Below, piece after piece: positions 47,955 through 59,496 of a stretch of 64,000 nucleotides of DNA; position 1 is the first letter of the stretch, and each line of letters begins with the position of its first letter. The translations under genes and the position numbers were made by a program. Source of the DNA: Candidatus Eiseniibacteriota bacterium (GTDB taxonomy: Bacteria; Eisenbacteria; RBG-16-71-46); assembly GCA_963717505.1 (NCBI GenBank), contig OY970342.1:1088001-1152000 (forward strand). The letters are read 5' to 3'. A model generated the notes under the pieces. That model saw only the letters and a program-made list of their open reading frames with translations. It was not told the DNA's origin and searched no databases.

Positions 47955-50681
47955 TCACTCCGGCTGCGCGGCCGGGCCTCCCGGTCCGCGTGCAGGCGCC
48001 GACTCGCGCTCCGCCGTGAACGCCTGTTCGATGCGCGCCCGCGTCTCGAGCAGGTGCGCCCGGGTGTTGTCACCAAGCGGCGCCGCACCCTCCAGCGCCC
48101 GACGCGCCCGCGAGTCGATGCGGGTCAGCTGGAGACGGGCCAGGGCGCGCGCGTCGTCGGGACTTCCTGGCGCCGGGTTCAGCATCAAGGTCGCCATCCG
48201 GTCGACGTAGTCGCGCTGCAGCTCGCGCCGCGTTCCCGGACGCTCCAGAGCCTTCATGCCCGGACCGGCCTCGGCGCCAACCTCGCCCCACAGGGACTTG
48301 GTCATGCGGTCGAAGTGCTCGGACATGCGATAGGGATCGGTGGTGCGGGACTCGGCCTCGGAAAGCCGCGCGAGCAGCTTGGGCGCGGTCAGAACCTGGA
48401 TCAGCTGGTTCTGAATGGCGAGCACCTTGCTGTTGTAGTCGTAGTCGAGGCGCGCGCCACCACCGCCCCAGGCGTTGGCCATGCCCCAGTGATTCCAGCG
48501 TTCCGGCGCCAGCCGGTTGAGCAGCGCCGGCGACACGTTGAACGCGTTCGACGCGAAGCCGAACTCGGTGACGAACTCCAGCGCCTCGCGCTGGCGCGCG
48601 ACGGGCACCGGCTCGAGCGGACTCGATGGCGCTCCGGCCTGGCCGCGATGCGCGCGCGAGTGGTACTGCCCGCCGACCCACTTGACCCCCATGCCGAGCG
48701 CGATCGCGTACTGCGACAGCAGGTCGTCCATGGCGCTGCGCAGCGTCGGGTACGAACCATCGGGGCCGAGCATGCGCGCCTCGAAGTTCGGATTTGCCCA
48801 CAGACCCGCGACCCACTGGGCCCGGGTCTGGCCGAACTTCAGGGGATCGTCTCCCAGGTCCCAGATGTTGGTGCGGGGATCCAGGGCGTCGGCCGGGTAG
48901 GTGTCGGCGTCGTTGGAGTAAACGTGGCCTGGCTTCGTCGACTCGTCGGCGATCTTCTTGGCGAAGTCGTAATCGGCATCGACGGTGGTCGCGCCCGACG
49001 GCGTGTAGCCGTAGCGGATCATCCACAGGTCGTAGTCACCGGCGGTGACGCCGTAGTAATCGCCTTGCTGCGACTTGGTCGGCGCGATGTTCGGCGTCGC
49101 GTAGTCCATCACCGACGCCGCCAGACCGTGCTCGTTGGTCCACGCGCGGTCGTGCAGCTTGTCGACCGGGGTCGCGGTGCTGGCGCGGAAGTTGTGGGTC
49201 AGGCCGAGCGTGTGCCCGACCTCGTGCAGCGTGACGTGGACCAGCATCTCGCCGATGAACTCCTCGGGCAGTGGGCCGCCGGGCGGAAGGTTGCCGTCCA
49301 TCAGCATGCCGATGTGGGCGAGCTGGGCGCCCTCGGAAATCCCGATCGGTGCGTCACAGCGCATGCTCGGATCCAGGAACGACGGCCACGAGCCCAATTG
49401 CGGCTGGATGCCGGCCGCGATCGCGTCCGGGCCGATGCGCCGGAACACCTGCAGGCGGCGCTGGACGATCGAGCCTTCGAACAGGATGTCGGCATCCAGG
49501 ATCTCGCCGGTGCGCGGATCGGTGCGCGAGGGCCCGATCGCGCCGAACGACGGCTGCGACGAAACGATCCAGCGGATCGTGCTGTAGCGCACGTCGGCCG
49601 GATCCCAGTTCGGGTCGTCGGGCGGATCCTTGGCCTGGATCGCGTTCTTGAAGCCGGCGGCCTCGAACGCCTTGTTCCACGCCTCGACGCCCTTCTTGAT
49701 GTGCGGCCGGTACTTCTCGGGCACGGTGCTGTCGATGTAGAACACGATCGGCTTGACCGGCTCGGACAACGCCGCCGCTGGGTCCTTCTTCTCCAGGCGC
49801 CAGCGCTCGACGTAGCGGCGCCAGTAGTCGTCCTCGGTGTCGCGGGTGAAATCCTTGACCGCGGTCAGGAAATAGCCGGTGCGGTCGTCCGCGAGCCGCG
49901 GCATCATCGGCTTCTCGGGAAGCTTCGAGAACGAGTAGTGCACGGTGATCGGGACAAAGCGATCGTCCGGCACCGTGGCCAGGCCGTAGTTCGTCCGGTC
50001 GTTGGGCGAATAGGTGAGCAGGGCCTCGACCTCGGTATTCTCGGGGAAGTTCTTGACCGAGCCGAGTGCGGAGCGCTCCTTGTCGAAGCGCATGCCCTTG
50101 CCGACCGCCTCGCGCAGGCCTTCCGCCAGATCGGTCAGATCGCTGACCAGGAACGGCGCCAGGTCGACCAGGATCGCCTTCGAGGAATCGTGGATGCTCT
50201 CGATCTTGAGCGACGCCAGCACCGAGTGCCCGTACGACAGCTCGCGCGCCTTGTCGAAGGCGGCGTCGCCCTCGGTGACGAACCGCGTGTTCTTCTCGAG
50301 GACGATGATGCGGTCGCCGGCGCGCTGGAACTCGAGCAGGTGATCGCCGAGCGGCAGACCACCGAGCACGAAGTTCGATCCGATGCCGCGCGCGAAGCTG
50401 AAGATGCCGAGCACCGGCACGTTGAGCTGCTCGGGCTTGAGCTCGAGGTAGAGGTTGTCGCGCTTCTTGTGCAGCGTCAGGTAGCCGGGGATCGTCTCGG
50501 CGTCCTTGGTGGCTTTCTTCCAGTCGGTGTACGGCTTGTCGGCGGCGCCCGCGGCGGCCGCGTCGGCACCCTTGGCCGGTTCCTTCTTCTTCTTGGCCGC
50601 GAAGGCCGGGTCGGCGGTCGCGATCGCCAAGGCGGCGATGGCGAGTACCGCGGCAACGGGGAACGCTCGGTGCATCCTCAT
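47955..50681 (-). CDS. Exported zinc metalloprotease, paralog of the adjacent gene
   Basis: Signal peptide, RLADDRTG, HEVGHTLGLTHNF, SVMDY; GAGGAG RBS. Confidence 0.88.
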   Translation of the reverse strand: MRMHRAFPVAAVLAIAALAIATADPAFAAKKKKEPAKGADAAAAGAADKPYTDWKKATKDAETIPGYLTLHKKRDNLYLELKPEQLNVPVLGIFSFARGIGSNFVLGGLPLGDHLLEFQRAGDRIIVLEKNTRFVTEGDAAFDKARELSYGHSVLASLKIESIHDSSKAILVDLAPFLVSDLTDLAEGLREAVGKGMRFDKERSALGSVKNFPENTEVEALLTYSPNDRTNYGLATVPDDRFVPITVHYSFSKLPEKPMMPRLADDRTGYFLTAVKDFTRDTEDDYWRRYVERWRLEKKDPAAALSEPVKPIVFYIDSTVPEKYRPHIKKGVEAWNKAFEAAGFKNAIQAKDPPDDPNWDPADVRYSTIRWIVSSQPSFGAIGPSRTDPRTGEILDADILFEGSIVQRRLQVFRRIGPDAIAAGIQPQLGSWPSFLDPSMRCDAPIGISEGAQLAHIGMLMDGNLPPGGPLPEEFIGEMLVHVTLHEVGHTLGLTHNFRASTATPVDKLHDRAWTNEHGLAASVMDYATPNIAPTKSQQGDYYGVTAGDYDLWMIRYGYTPSGATTVDADYDFAKKIADESTKPGHVYSNDADTYPADALDPRTNIWDLGDDPLKFGQTRAQWVAGLWANPNFEARMLGPDGSYPTLRSAMDDLLSQYAIALGMGVKWVGGQYHSRAHRGQAGAPSSPLEPVPVARQREALEFVTEFGFASNAFNVSPALLNRLAPERWNHWGMANAWGGGGARLDYDYNSKVLAIQNQLIQVLTAPKLLARLSEAESRTTDPYRMSEHFDRMTKSLWGEVGAEAGPGMKALERPGTRRELQRDYVDRMATLMLNPAPGSPDDARALARLQLTRIDSRARRALEGAAPLGDNTRAHLLETRARIEQAFTAERESAPARGPGGPAAQPE

Positions 50682-50869
50682 GGACGGGGACTCCTCAGTG
50701 TGGGCCAGTGACGGCTCCGGCGACGAACGAGGCCCCCGGGTGGGGGCAGCGGGGCACTATAGGGAAACAGGCCGGCGCGTGCGCCCTTGCCCGCGACCGG
50801 CGCGGCATAAAGTTCGACGGGTGATCGGTGTCGAGGGTTGAAAGGCGGGACCCCGCCAGGGTCCAGGCC

Positions 50870-51322
50870 GTGGGGCGGTCGTGGCCCCGGTGACCCCTCG
50901 GGGGAGCCGACTCGCCAAACTTCTTCATCAGGCGGTCACGCGGATCGGCTCCAGCGCGTCGTCCCGGGCATCCGGAGATCCAAGCATTCATTCGGATCGA
51001 GATGTGGATCGATGTGCTGGAACCAACATCCATCGATCTCCGCAGAAGGACGCAGGCGAGCGAAATAGTCGAGCACTGTCTTCGAGAACCGGTCTCGCAC
51101 GGTTGCGGGAACGTCACCGCAGAGCCCCTGGTCGTGGTTGCCCCAGACGCCGGTCCCGGGCAGGGAGTCCAGACAAGCAACCGTTTCCTCTACCCGTTCA
51201 CCGTATTCGAGCACGTCCCCAAGGACCACAAATGCATCGACGCGGCGCGCCCTCAGCTCCCTCACCGCCGCGGCGAGCGGCTCGACGGCTTCGTGGATGT
51301 CGGCCAGCAGGCCGAGACGCAC
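50870..51322 (-). pseudogene. Truncated/degraded metallophosphoesterase
   Basis: ADIH, LGD and GNHD motifs, then stop at 50936; only a degenerate GH-containing remnant in another frame. Confidence 0.55.
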
Positions 51323-51323
51323 G

Positions 51324-51707
51324 CTATCCCTCGGGACAGCCGCCTTGCCGTCCGGCAAGTGCTGCGATCGCCTTCTCCTCGGTGTCGTGGTGGTCGAACA
51401 AGAAGCTCAGCTTCGTCACGATGAAGATGTTGTTGACCTTGGCATCGAGATGGCAGAGGGCGATCTCGCCCTGTCGGTTCCGGTAGCTCGCGTTGGCCTG
51501 GGCAAAGACCCCGAGAGCAATCGAGGTGATGAACCCCACGTCCTGGAAGTTCACGACCAGGCAGCGATTGCCCGCTTCGGCCAGATCGTTCAGCAGGAGG
51601 CGTAGCTCTTCGGTCTCGTCCCCTCCGACCAGGTTCCCCTTGGGGGTCACGACGGCAACGCCCCCGACCTTCTTCATGCGAATGTGCTTCAGCGCGACTT
51701 CTCTCAC
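51324..51707 (-). CDS. STAS-domain anti-sigma factor antagonist
   Basis: VVNFQDVGFITSIALG phospho-Ser region; GGAGG RBS before GTG. Confidence 0.82.
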   Translation of the reverse strand: MREVALKHIRMKKVGGVAVVTPKGNLVGGDETEELRLLLNDLAEAGNRCLVVNFQDVGFITSIALGVFAQANASYRNRQGEIALCHLDAKVNNIFIVTKLSFLFDHHDTEEKAIAALAGRQGGCPEG

Positions 51708-51934
51708 GGCAACCTCCACTCTCGCGGCCCAGACTTCCCGAGCCGGCGACGGCCTGACTCCGGGGTCGGTCCCCCGGCTGATCGCAATACAATTCCGGGC
51801 GTTGTTTGACGGCAAGAAAAATTCCGGGCGCAGCCGCCGGGGCCGGCCGGCGCCTAGCAGCTCCCCAAGGCAAACGGCCCCGGGATCTCTCCCGGGGCCG
51901 TCCGTGATTCGCGCTGCTATTCCTGCTTCGGGGA

Positions 51935-53608
<1,674 letters not shown>

Positions 53609-53656
53609 TCAGTCCGCCCTAGCCGTTGCGCTGGGCGGAACGGGAATTCGATCGCG

Positions 53657-53953
53657 CTACTTCTGCTGGGCGAGGACGCCCAACACGTCGTCTTCGCGAA
53701 GGATGACGTACTCGACGCCGTCGAGCTTGACGTCGGTGCCGCTGTACTTGCCGATCAGCACGCGGTCGCCCTTCTTGAGGTCGACCGGCACCAGCTTGCC
53801 CTCTTCGGTCTTGCGACCGGGGCCGACGGCGACGACTTCGCCCTCCTGCGGCTTCTCTTTGGCGGTGTCGGGGATGATGATGCCGCCGCGAATCGACTCC
53901 TTCTCCTCGATGCGCCGGATCAGGATCCGGTCAGCGAGAGGCCGGACGTTCAT
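53657..53953 (-). CDS. groS: Co-chaperonin GroES
   Basis: [31 protein letters not shown]; GAGGAGG RBS. Confidence 0.97.
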   Translation of the reverse strand: MNVRPLADRILIRRIEEKESIRGGIIIPDTAKEKPQEGEVVAVGPGRKTEEGKLVPVDLKKGDRVLIGKYSGTDVKLDGVEYVILREDDVLGVLAQQK

Positions 53954-54245
53954 GACAACCTCCTCGGGTATTGGTTTGGACATGGACACGGGCGCCGGAT
54001 TCCGGTGCGGCTCTTTTCCGCCACTCGGACGCATTCCAAGGCGCTGCGACCTGCGGGCCCTCGGGCGCGCGCACCCGATGATCAAGGCGCTGCGCGGAGC
54101 CCGGTTGCGCCAGACAACCTAGTTGCGCACCGGGAGCCTTTGCCCAAATGGCACGAGACGATTGGCAGCCTATCCGACTGGTGCCAGGGAAGCAAGTGGG
54201 GGGCGAGCGTCCCAGAGCCCCGGTCGACCCGGGCCCGCGAGGGGG

Positions 54246-55274
54246 CTAGTTCAGCCTGGTTTCAAAGACCGCCGGCCGGGGGCGGCCGTCGAGGTATCCC
54301 GTGCTCACGGTTCCCAGGACCCGGACCTTCTGCTTCTCGGCGGGGGTGCGCACCCGGGTGAAGACCACGATCGTGTCGCGTCCCTGATGGAGGTAGAACG
54401 AGTATCCGTCACCCATAGGGAACCACTGCCCGATCACCCCGCGAATCCGGACTTCCTTGCCGTCGAGCGAGGCCGCGTCGCGAATCACGTCGCGCAACGG
54501 GGTCACGTGTTCCTTCGGCATCGCGATGTTGAGCGCGATGATCAACAGCACGACGCAGCCGGACAGGATCGCGAGCGAACGTCCGTGGTCGCGCAACACC
54601 GGTTCGACCGCGTTCCACACGGCGCCGAGCGGGCCGGCGAGTGCCGGGGGCACCGGGATCGGGAGCGTCGCTTCCGGCGGTGCCGGAGGTCTTCGCACCG
54701 ACGCGGTCCGCGGTACGGCGGGTTTCGCTTCTTCTTCCGGCGCTTCCCACTCCTCTTCGTCGGTGACCACCACGACTTCCTGCTCTTCGGCCGTCTCCTC
54801 GACGCGCAGCGTCGGGATGCTGCTGGTCACCGCCGCCCAGGTCGGCACCGCGGGCCCCTCGGCGGGTGGCGGCTCTCCCGGAGTCGGGCGCGGGGGCAGC
54901 GGCACCGCGCGACCCCGCGCATGCATTCCCATTTGATCCGCGCGATCGGGCAACAGGGTCCGCGGGGACCCCGCCGGAAGCTCTGGGCCCACGAGGCCAT
55001 CGAGCCGCTCGGCGTCCGCAGGAGAGGGGATATGGGGGTTCGGCACGATGCGGGGACGCGGCGCTCCCGGCGAGGGTGGCACGACCGCCCCCGCACCCGG
55101 ACGCTTGAGCACCGGGCCCGAAGCGGGGGAGTCCTCATCAGGCTGAAACGCCTCGACCGGATGCTCGGCCGAGAGCAGCCAATCCGGCTTCTGCTCTTCC
55201 GCGAATTCCTCGGGCTCTTCCCCGGGAAGTCGAAGGTCGCCTGATTCATCCTCGTATTTGTGGTGTTGAGCCAT
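54246..55274 (-). CDS. Hypothetical protein: acidic/Pro-rich region, one TM helix, C-terminal OB-fold-like domain
   Basis: Low-complexity N-terminus, hydrophobic span, DGKEVRIRG..YLHQG..KVRVLG pattern. Confidence 0.65.
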   Translation of the reverse strand: MAQHHKYEDESGDLRLPGEEPEEFAEEQKPDWLLSAEHPVEAFQPDEDSPASGPVLKRPGAGAVVPPSPGAPRPRIVPNPHIPSPADAERLDGLVGPELPAGSPRTLLPDRADQMGMHARGRAVPLPPRPTPGEPPPAEGPAVPTWAAVTSSIPTLRVEETAEEQEVVVVTDEEEWEAPEEEAKPAVPRTASVRRPPAPPEATLPIPVPPALAGPLGAVWNAVEPVLRDHGRSLAILSGCVVLLIIALNIAMPKEHVTPLRDVIRDAASLDGKEVRIRGVIGQWFPMGDGYSFYLHQGRDTIVVFTRVRTPAEKQKVRVLGTVSTGYLDGRPRPAVFETRLN

Positions 55275-55353
55275 GGGTCTCTCGGGACTGGGGTGGGTAC
55301 CGGAGAAATATCGACCCCTGACCCGCTGCGCTTGACGTCGAACCCGGCCCCGC

Positions 55354-56703
55354 CTAACCCAGACGCCGATATTGCTGGATTTTCCGGTAAAGCGTGCGCA
55401 GCCCAATTCCGAGAATCGCGGCGGCGCGGGGCTTGTCGTCCCCGGTCTCGGCCAGGGTGGCCTCGATCAGCCGGCGCTCGGCATCATCCACGGTCATGCC
55501 GACGGCGATGTCGAGCGGTGCCGCCGTCGGCCCGGCGTCGCGCAACGCCGGCGGCAGGTCCGCGGGCTCGAGCGCGCGTCGTCCCTCGGCGAAGGCAACC
55601 ATGCCTTCGACCGTGTTCCGGAGCTCCCGAACGTTGCCCGGCCAGTCGTGCCGCACCAGCCGGTCGAGCGCGCCACGCGTGATTCCGGTCACCTTGCGTT
55701 GATGCTCGCGATTGAATTCGCGCAGGAAGGCCTCGACCAGAAGCGGGATGTCCTCGCGGCGTTCCCGCAGCGGCGGCATCGCGATGCGCACGCCGCCCAG
55801 GCGGTCGAGCAGATCTTCGCGAAACCGTCCGCCGCGAACTTCGGCGGTCAGATCGCGGTCGGTGGCCGCGACCAGCCGGGCATCGACTCGCAGTGTCTCG
55901 GCGCCGCCGACGCGCTCGAAGTCGCGGTCGCGCAGGAAGCGCAGCAGCCGCACCTGGACGGCCGCCGGTGCGGCGCCAATGCCATCGAGGTAGAGCGTGC
56001 CGCCGTCGGCGGCCTCCAGGCGGCCCGGTCGCGGGACGCCGCCACTCTCGATCCCGAACAGCTCGACTTCGACCATCGGCTCGGCCAGGGCCCCGAGATC
56101 GACTGCGATCATCGGGCCCTCGCGGCGCGCGCTTTGCCGGTGGATCGCCTGCGCGACCAGCCCCTTGCCGGTGCCCGACTCGCCTTCGATCAGGACCGTG
56201 GCGCGCGTGTTCGCGATGCTGCGCACCTGGTCCATGACCCGATGGATCGAGCGCGAGCTGCCGGTCAGCCGATCGAGCGCGAGTCGTTCGTCGAGCTGGC
56301 CCTCGATCTCGGCGACCCTCGCCGCCAGCGCCTGATGCGACAGGCCGCGACGCAACACTGCCAGCAGTTTTTCCAGATGCAGGGGTTTGACCTGGAAGTC
56401 GTAGGCGCCCTGACGCATCGACTCGACCGCCTTCTCGACCTCGGCCTGCCCGGTGATCACCACCGCACAGACTTCGGGGTTCCGCTGGATCGCGCGGGCC
56501 AGCAGGGCGCTGCCATCGATGCCCGTGGCGTGCAGCTCGGTGACCAGGCAGTGGATGCGGCGGGCGTCGAGCGCGTTGAAGGCGGTTTCGCCGTCGCGCG
56601 CCCAGACGACCTCGAGCCCGTTCTGGCGGAGGAAGGCTGTGAGCCGGCGCGTGGCTTCACTGTCGCGGTCGACGACCAGAACGGTAGGGGGCGGAGCCTT
56701 CAT
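55354..56703 (-). CDS. Atypical NtrC-family regulator (REC-AAA+-Fis HTH) lacking GAFTGA
   Basis: GESGTGK, FREDL, PPLRERREDI, WPGNVREL, AAAILGIGLRTLYRK. Confidence 0.88.
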   Translation of the reverse strand: MKAPPPTVLVVDRDSEATRRLTAFLRQNGLEVVWARDGETAFNALDARRIHCLVTELHATGIDGSALLARAIQRNPEVCAVVITGQAEVEKAVESMRQGAYDFQVKPLHLEKLLAVLRRGLSHQALAARVAEIEGQLDERLALDRLTGSSRSIHRVMDQVRSIANTRATVLIEGESGTGKGLVAQAIHRQSARREGPMIAVDLGALAEPMVEVELFGIESGGVPRPGRLEAADGGTLYLDGIGAAPAAVQVRLLRFLRDRDFERVGGAETLRVDARLVAATDRDLTAEVRGGRFREDLLDRLGGVRIAMPPLRERREDIPLLVEAFLREFNREHQRKVTGITRGALDRLVRHDWPGNVRELRNTVEGMVAFAEGRRALEPADLPPALRDAGPTAAPLDIAVGMTVDDAERRLIEATLAETGDDKPRAAAILGIGLRTLYRKIQQYRRLG

Positions 56704-56736
56704 CGGGCGTCATCGGGCGTCATCGGGGCGTCATCG
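56701..56736. repeat. Short tandem repeat CATCGGGCGT, ~3.5 copies, at the regulator start codon
   Basis: catcgggcgt catcgggcgt catcggggcgt catcg. Confidence 0.8.
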
Positions 56737-56767
56737 CGCGCCATGGGCGTCCCGCGGGTCGATCGAG

Positions 56768-57235
56768 TCAGCGATCCGGTTCGAGCGCATCGAGCGCGCG
56801 TTGGTGGCTGGGCATCTGTGGCGACTCCGCGGGCGCCAGCGTGACTTCCTTGAACCGCACGCGACCCTGTTTGTCGATCAGGAACAGCGCGCGCCGACTG
56901 TAGCCACGTTCTGCATTGAGCACGCCGTACGCGCTACTGGTTTCCCGATCGAAATCCGAGAGCAGCGGGAACTCGAGGCCGTTGGCCCGCGCGAACCGGT
57001 CGTTGGCGTAGTGATTGTCCACGCTGATCCCGAGGACGACGACCTCGAGCGCGTCGAGCCGGTTCGAGTCCTCCTGGATCGCAGGCAGTTGCACCGAGCA
57101 GGTGGGCGAGAACGCCATCGGGAAGAAGACCAGCAGCACGTTCTTCTTGCCGCGGTACTCCGAGAGAGTCACCGGCTGGCCTTCGGGCCCGCGCAGCGAA
57201 AAGTCTGGCGCCAGGTCGCCCACCTCTACCGACAT
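56768..57235 (-). CDS. Peroxiredoxin (AhpE/AhpC-TSA family, single Cys)
   Basis: GDLAPDF, FFPMAFSPTC, GISVD, FPLLSDF, RALFLIDKQG. Confidence 0.88.
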   Translation of the reverse strand: MSVEVGDLAPDFSLRGPEGQPVTLSEYRGKKNVLLVFFPMAFSPTCSVQLPAIQEDSNRLDALEVVVLGISVDNHYANDRFARANGLEFPLLSDFDRETSSAYGVLNAERGYSRRALFLIDKQGRVRFKEVTLAPAESPQMPSHQRALDALEPDR

Positions 57236-57273
57236 CGCCGAGCCCTCCTCGCGTGTCGCGGACTGCGTCCCGA

Positions 57274-57924
57274 TCAGGACGGGGTGAATGCCCCGCCGTC
57301 GGACGGCCGTTTCGACGTCGCGCGAATCACATCCTGACTCGCCGCGGCCAGTTCCGCCAGCGATCGGGTGCCGCGCTCCCGCTCCCAGCGCGGCACCAGG
57401 GCGACCAGCAACCGCGCCGTGGTGCGCGCGTCCGGGAGCGCTCGATGGCGAACCGGCTCTCCGACCCCGAGCGTCTCCCCCAGCGTCTCCAAGTCGTTCG
57501 AACCGCTGCCGAACAAACCGCGCGCCAGTCCGAGCGTGTCGATCACCGGGTGGTCGAGCGCCGGCAGCCGAGCCTGGGCGACCAGCGCCTGGAGGAATGG
57601 CAGGTCGAACCCGGCGTTGTGGAAGACCAGCGGCGAGCGACCGCAAGCCGCGACGAACACCGGGGCGACCGCGTCGGGCAGCGGGGCATCGCTCAACTGC
57701 GCGTCGTCGATGCCGTGGACGATCCGGGCGCCGGGCTCGACCGGGATCCGGGGTCGAACCAGGCTCGACCATTCCGCTCGGGGCTGGCCCTCCTCGACGG
57801 TGACGCACGCGATTTCGATGACGCTGTGCCCGGCCGCTAGGCTCCAGCCGCTGGTCTCGGTATCGACCACCACGAGCCGCTGACCCGCGAGCAGCGATCC
57901 CGGACGGGCCGCTGCCTCGGTCAC
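57274..57924 (-). CDS. DEDDh 3'-5' exonuclease (DnaQ-like)
   Basis: VVDTETSG, HNAGFD, DTL, HRALPDA. Confidence 0.88.
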   Translation of the reverse strand: MTEAAARPGSLLAGQRLVVVDTETSGWSLAAGHSVIEIACVTVEEGQPRAEWSSLVRPRIPVEPGARIVHGIDDAQLSDAPLPDAVAPVFVAACGRSPLVFHNAGFDLPFLQALVAQARLPALDHPVIDTLGLARGLFGSGSNDLETLGETLGVGEPVRHRALPDARTTARLLVALVPRWERERGTRSLAELAAASQDVIRATSKRPSDGGAFTPS

Positions 57925-58430
57925 TTCGCTTTGCGTACGAAGTCTTCGAACGACGTCCCGCGTTCGAAGTGGCCGTCACCGATGTAGCTCAGAACCTGGA
58001 GGAAGCGATCCGGCGGCAGGAATCCTGGCGCATTCACCAGGTGCTTGCCGTCCGACGCGAGGAAGACGGTGGTCGGATAGCCGCTGACCTTGAACTTGGC
58101 CGCGATGCCCCGCTCGGTCAGCTTCTGGGACTGGTAGGTCGCCGCACCCTTGGACTCGGCGTTGAGCTTGATCGGCACGAAGCTTCGGGCGAGGGCTGCG
58201 CGGACGTCGGCGCGCGCATAGACCTCGCGGTCCATGCGCTTACACCAACCGCACCAGTCGGTGTAGACGTCGACCAGGATCGGCCGGCCGGTCTCCGCAG
58301 CGTGTTTGAGGCCGGCGTCCCAGGTCTGCCATGGGATCTCCTCGGCGGCGGACGCGAATCGCGGCAACGCCGTCAGGCCGAGCAGCAGGCAGGCCATCGG
58401 GAACAGTCCGGCACGCAGGTGTCGAGTCAT
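57921..58430 (-). CDS. Exported thioredoxin-fold protein (SoxW/DUF255-like)
   Basis: Signal peptide, WCGWCK, cis-Pro GYPT. Confidence 0.85.
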   Translation of the reverse strand: MTRHLRAGLFPMACLLLGLTALPRFASAAEEIPWQTWDAGLKHAAETGRPILVDVYTDWCGWCKRMDREVYARADVRAALARSFVPIKLNAESKGAATYQSQKLTERGIAAKFKVSGYPTTVFLASDGKHLVNAPGFLPPDRFLQVLSYIGDGHFERGTSFEDFVRKAK

Positions 58431-58552
58431 GACGAGGTCCGGGGAGAGAGTGGGGAGAGCGCCGCGAGGCTACCACGCGATTCCGGGGTCTCCAACCATT
58501 TGCATGGGGTCATCGGCGCGTCCCTGCGCACGATCCAGCGGTTCCCGAAGGC

Positions 58553-59383
58553 TCATCCCGACACCGTATGGCGGAGGGTCTCGCCGGGTCGCCCCGGATC
58601 GAACCACACCCCGCACAGGCGCGAAGTACCGAACTGCCCGGGATTCACGACCACGGTGCGGCCGATGCGGTCCTGGTAGGAGCCGGACACCCGCGCGGAT
58701 TCGTGAATGTGGCCGCAGAGCACGAGCGGCGGTTGATGGCGCTCGATGAACGCCTTCAACGCCCGCGATCCGACGTGGACGCGAGTGGAGATGAGGTCGC
58801 ATTTCGTATCGCGTGGCGGCGAATGCATGACGAACACGGCCTCGCTCGTCGGGACCGCGGCGGCCAGCCCGTCGAGCGCGCCGGCAATGGTCGGGCTCCG
58901 CCGCTCAGGATCGAACCGGTGCGGCACGACTTCGCCGTCGCGGCTGGTCCAGCCGTCGAGGCGCACCGGGGTCTCGCTGCCGCCGTCTTCCCATCGCTCC
59001 CAGTCCTTGATCGCGAACGGCGTGATCGGAACCCACGAAAGTCCGGCGACCGGGACGCCGGCCACCTCGACCGCGCGTTCATGGACCACCTGCCAGAGCT
59101 CGCCATGACGCCGCTCGAGGCAGTCCAGATTCGCGCGCCAGTCGTCGTTGCCCATGAGGAGCGCCAGCTCGGTGTTCGGACTGGCTTCGCGCAGCCGGCG
59201 GGCGAACTCGACCAGGAATCCTTCGAGGAACAGACGCTGGCGGCGCACGCCCTCGACGCCCGCCGCATGGGGCGACAGGTCGCCGCCGAGCAGAACCGCG
59301 TCCGCGGGGTGGGCGGCGATCAGGGCGAGCACCTGCTCGTAGAGCGCCCCCTGACCGTGCAGATCCGACGTGAAGAACCACAT
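58553..59383 (-). CDS. Metallophosphoesterase (Icc-like)
   Basis: SDLHG, GGDL, GNDD, HSPP, CGHIHE, NPG. Confidence 0.88.
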   Translation of the reverse strand: MWFFTSDLHGQGALYEQVLALIAAHPADAVLLGGDLSPHAAGVEGVRRQRLFLEGFLVEFARRLREASPNTELALLMGNDDWRANLDCLERRHGELWQVVHERAVEVAGVPVAGLSWVPITPFAIKDWERWEDGGSETPVRLDGWTSRDGEVVPHRFDPERRSPTIAGALDGLAAAVPTSEAVFVMHSPPRDTKCDLISTRVHVGSRALKAFIERHQPPLVLCGHIHESARVSGSYQDRIGRTVVVNPGQFGTSRLCGVWFDPGRPGETLRHTVSG

Positions 59384-59496
59384 CCTGGGTTGCCACCGTC
59401 CAGTGGTCGTGAATTGGCGCCGTTCGGTGAACGGCGGTCGAGAAGGCGCTTGACGCCGCGTCGCCGTGATGTCGATACTCTTCGCCCCATCCTGTC

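Noticed and set aside
54162-54187. TTGGCA..TGCCAG inverted repeat upstream of groES resembling CIRCE
   Set aside because: One base too short and the inner arms do not match TTAGCACTC-N9-GAGTGCTAA; at best degenerate
56768-57979. 403-aa ORF suggesting an extended peroxiredoxin
   Set aside because: Upstream part overlaps the exonuclease in another frame; GAGGAGG RBS supports a start at 57235
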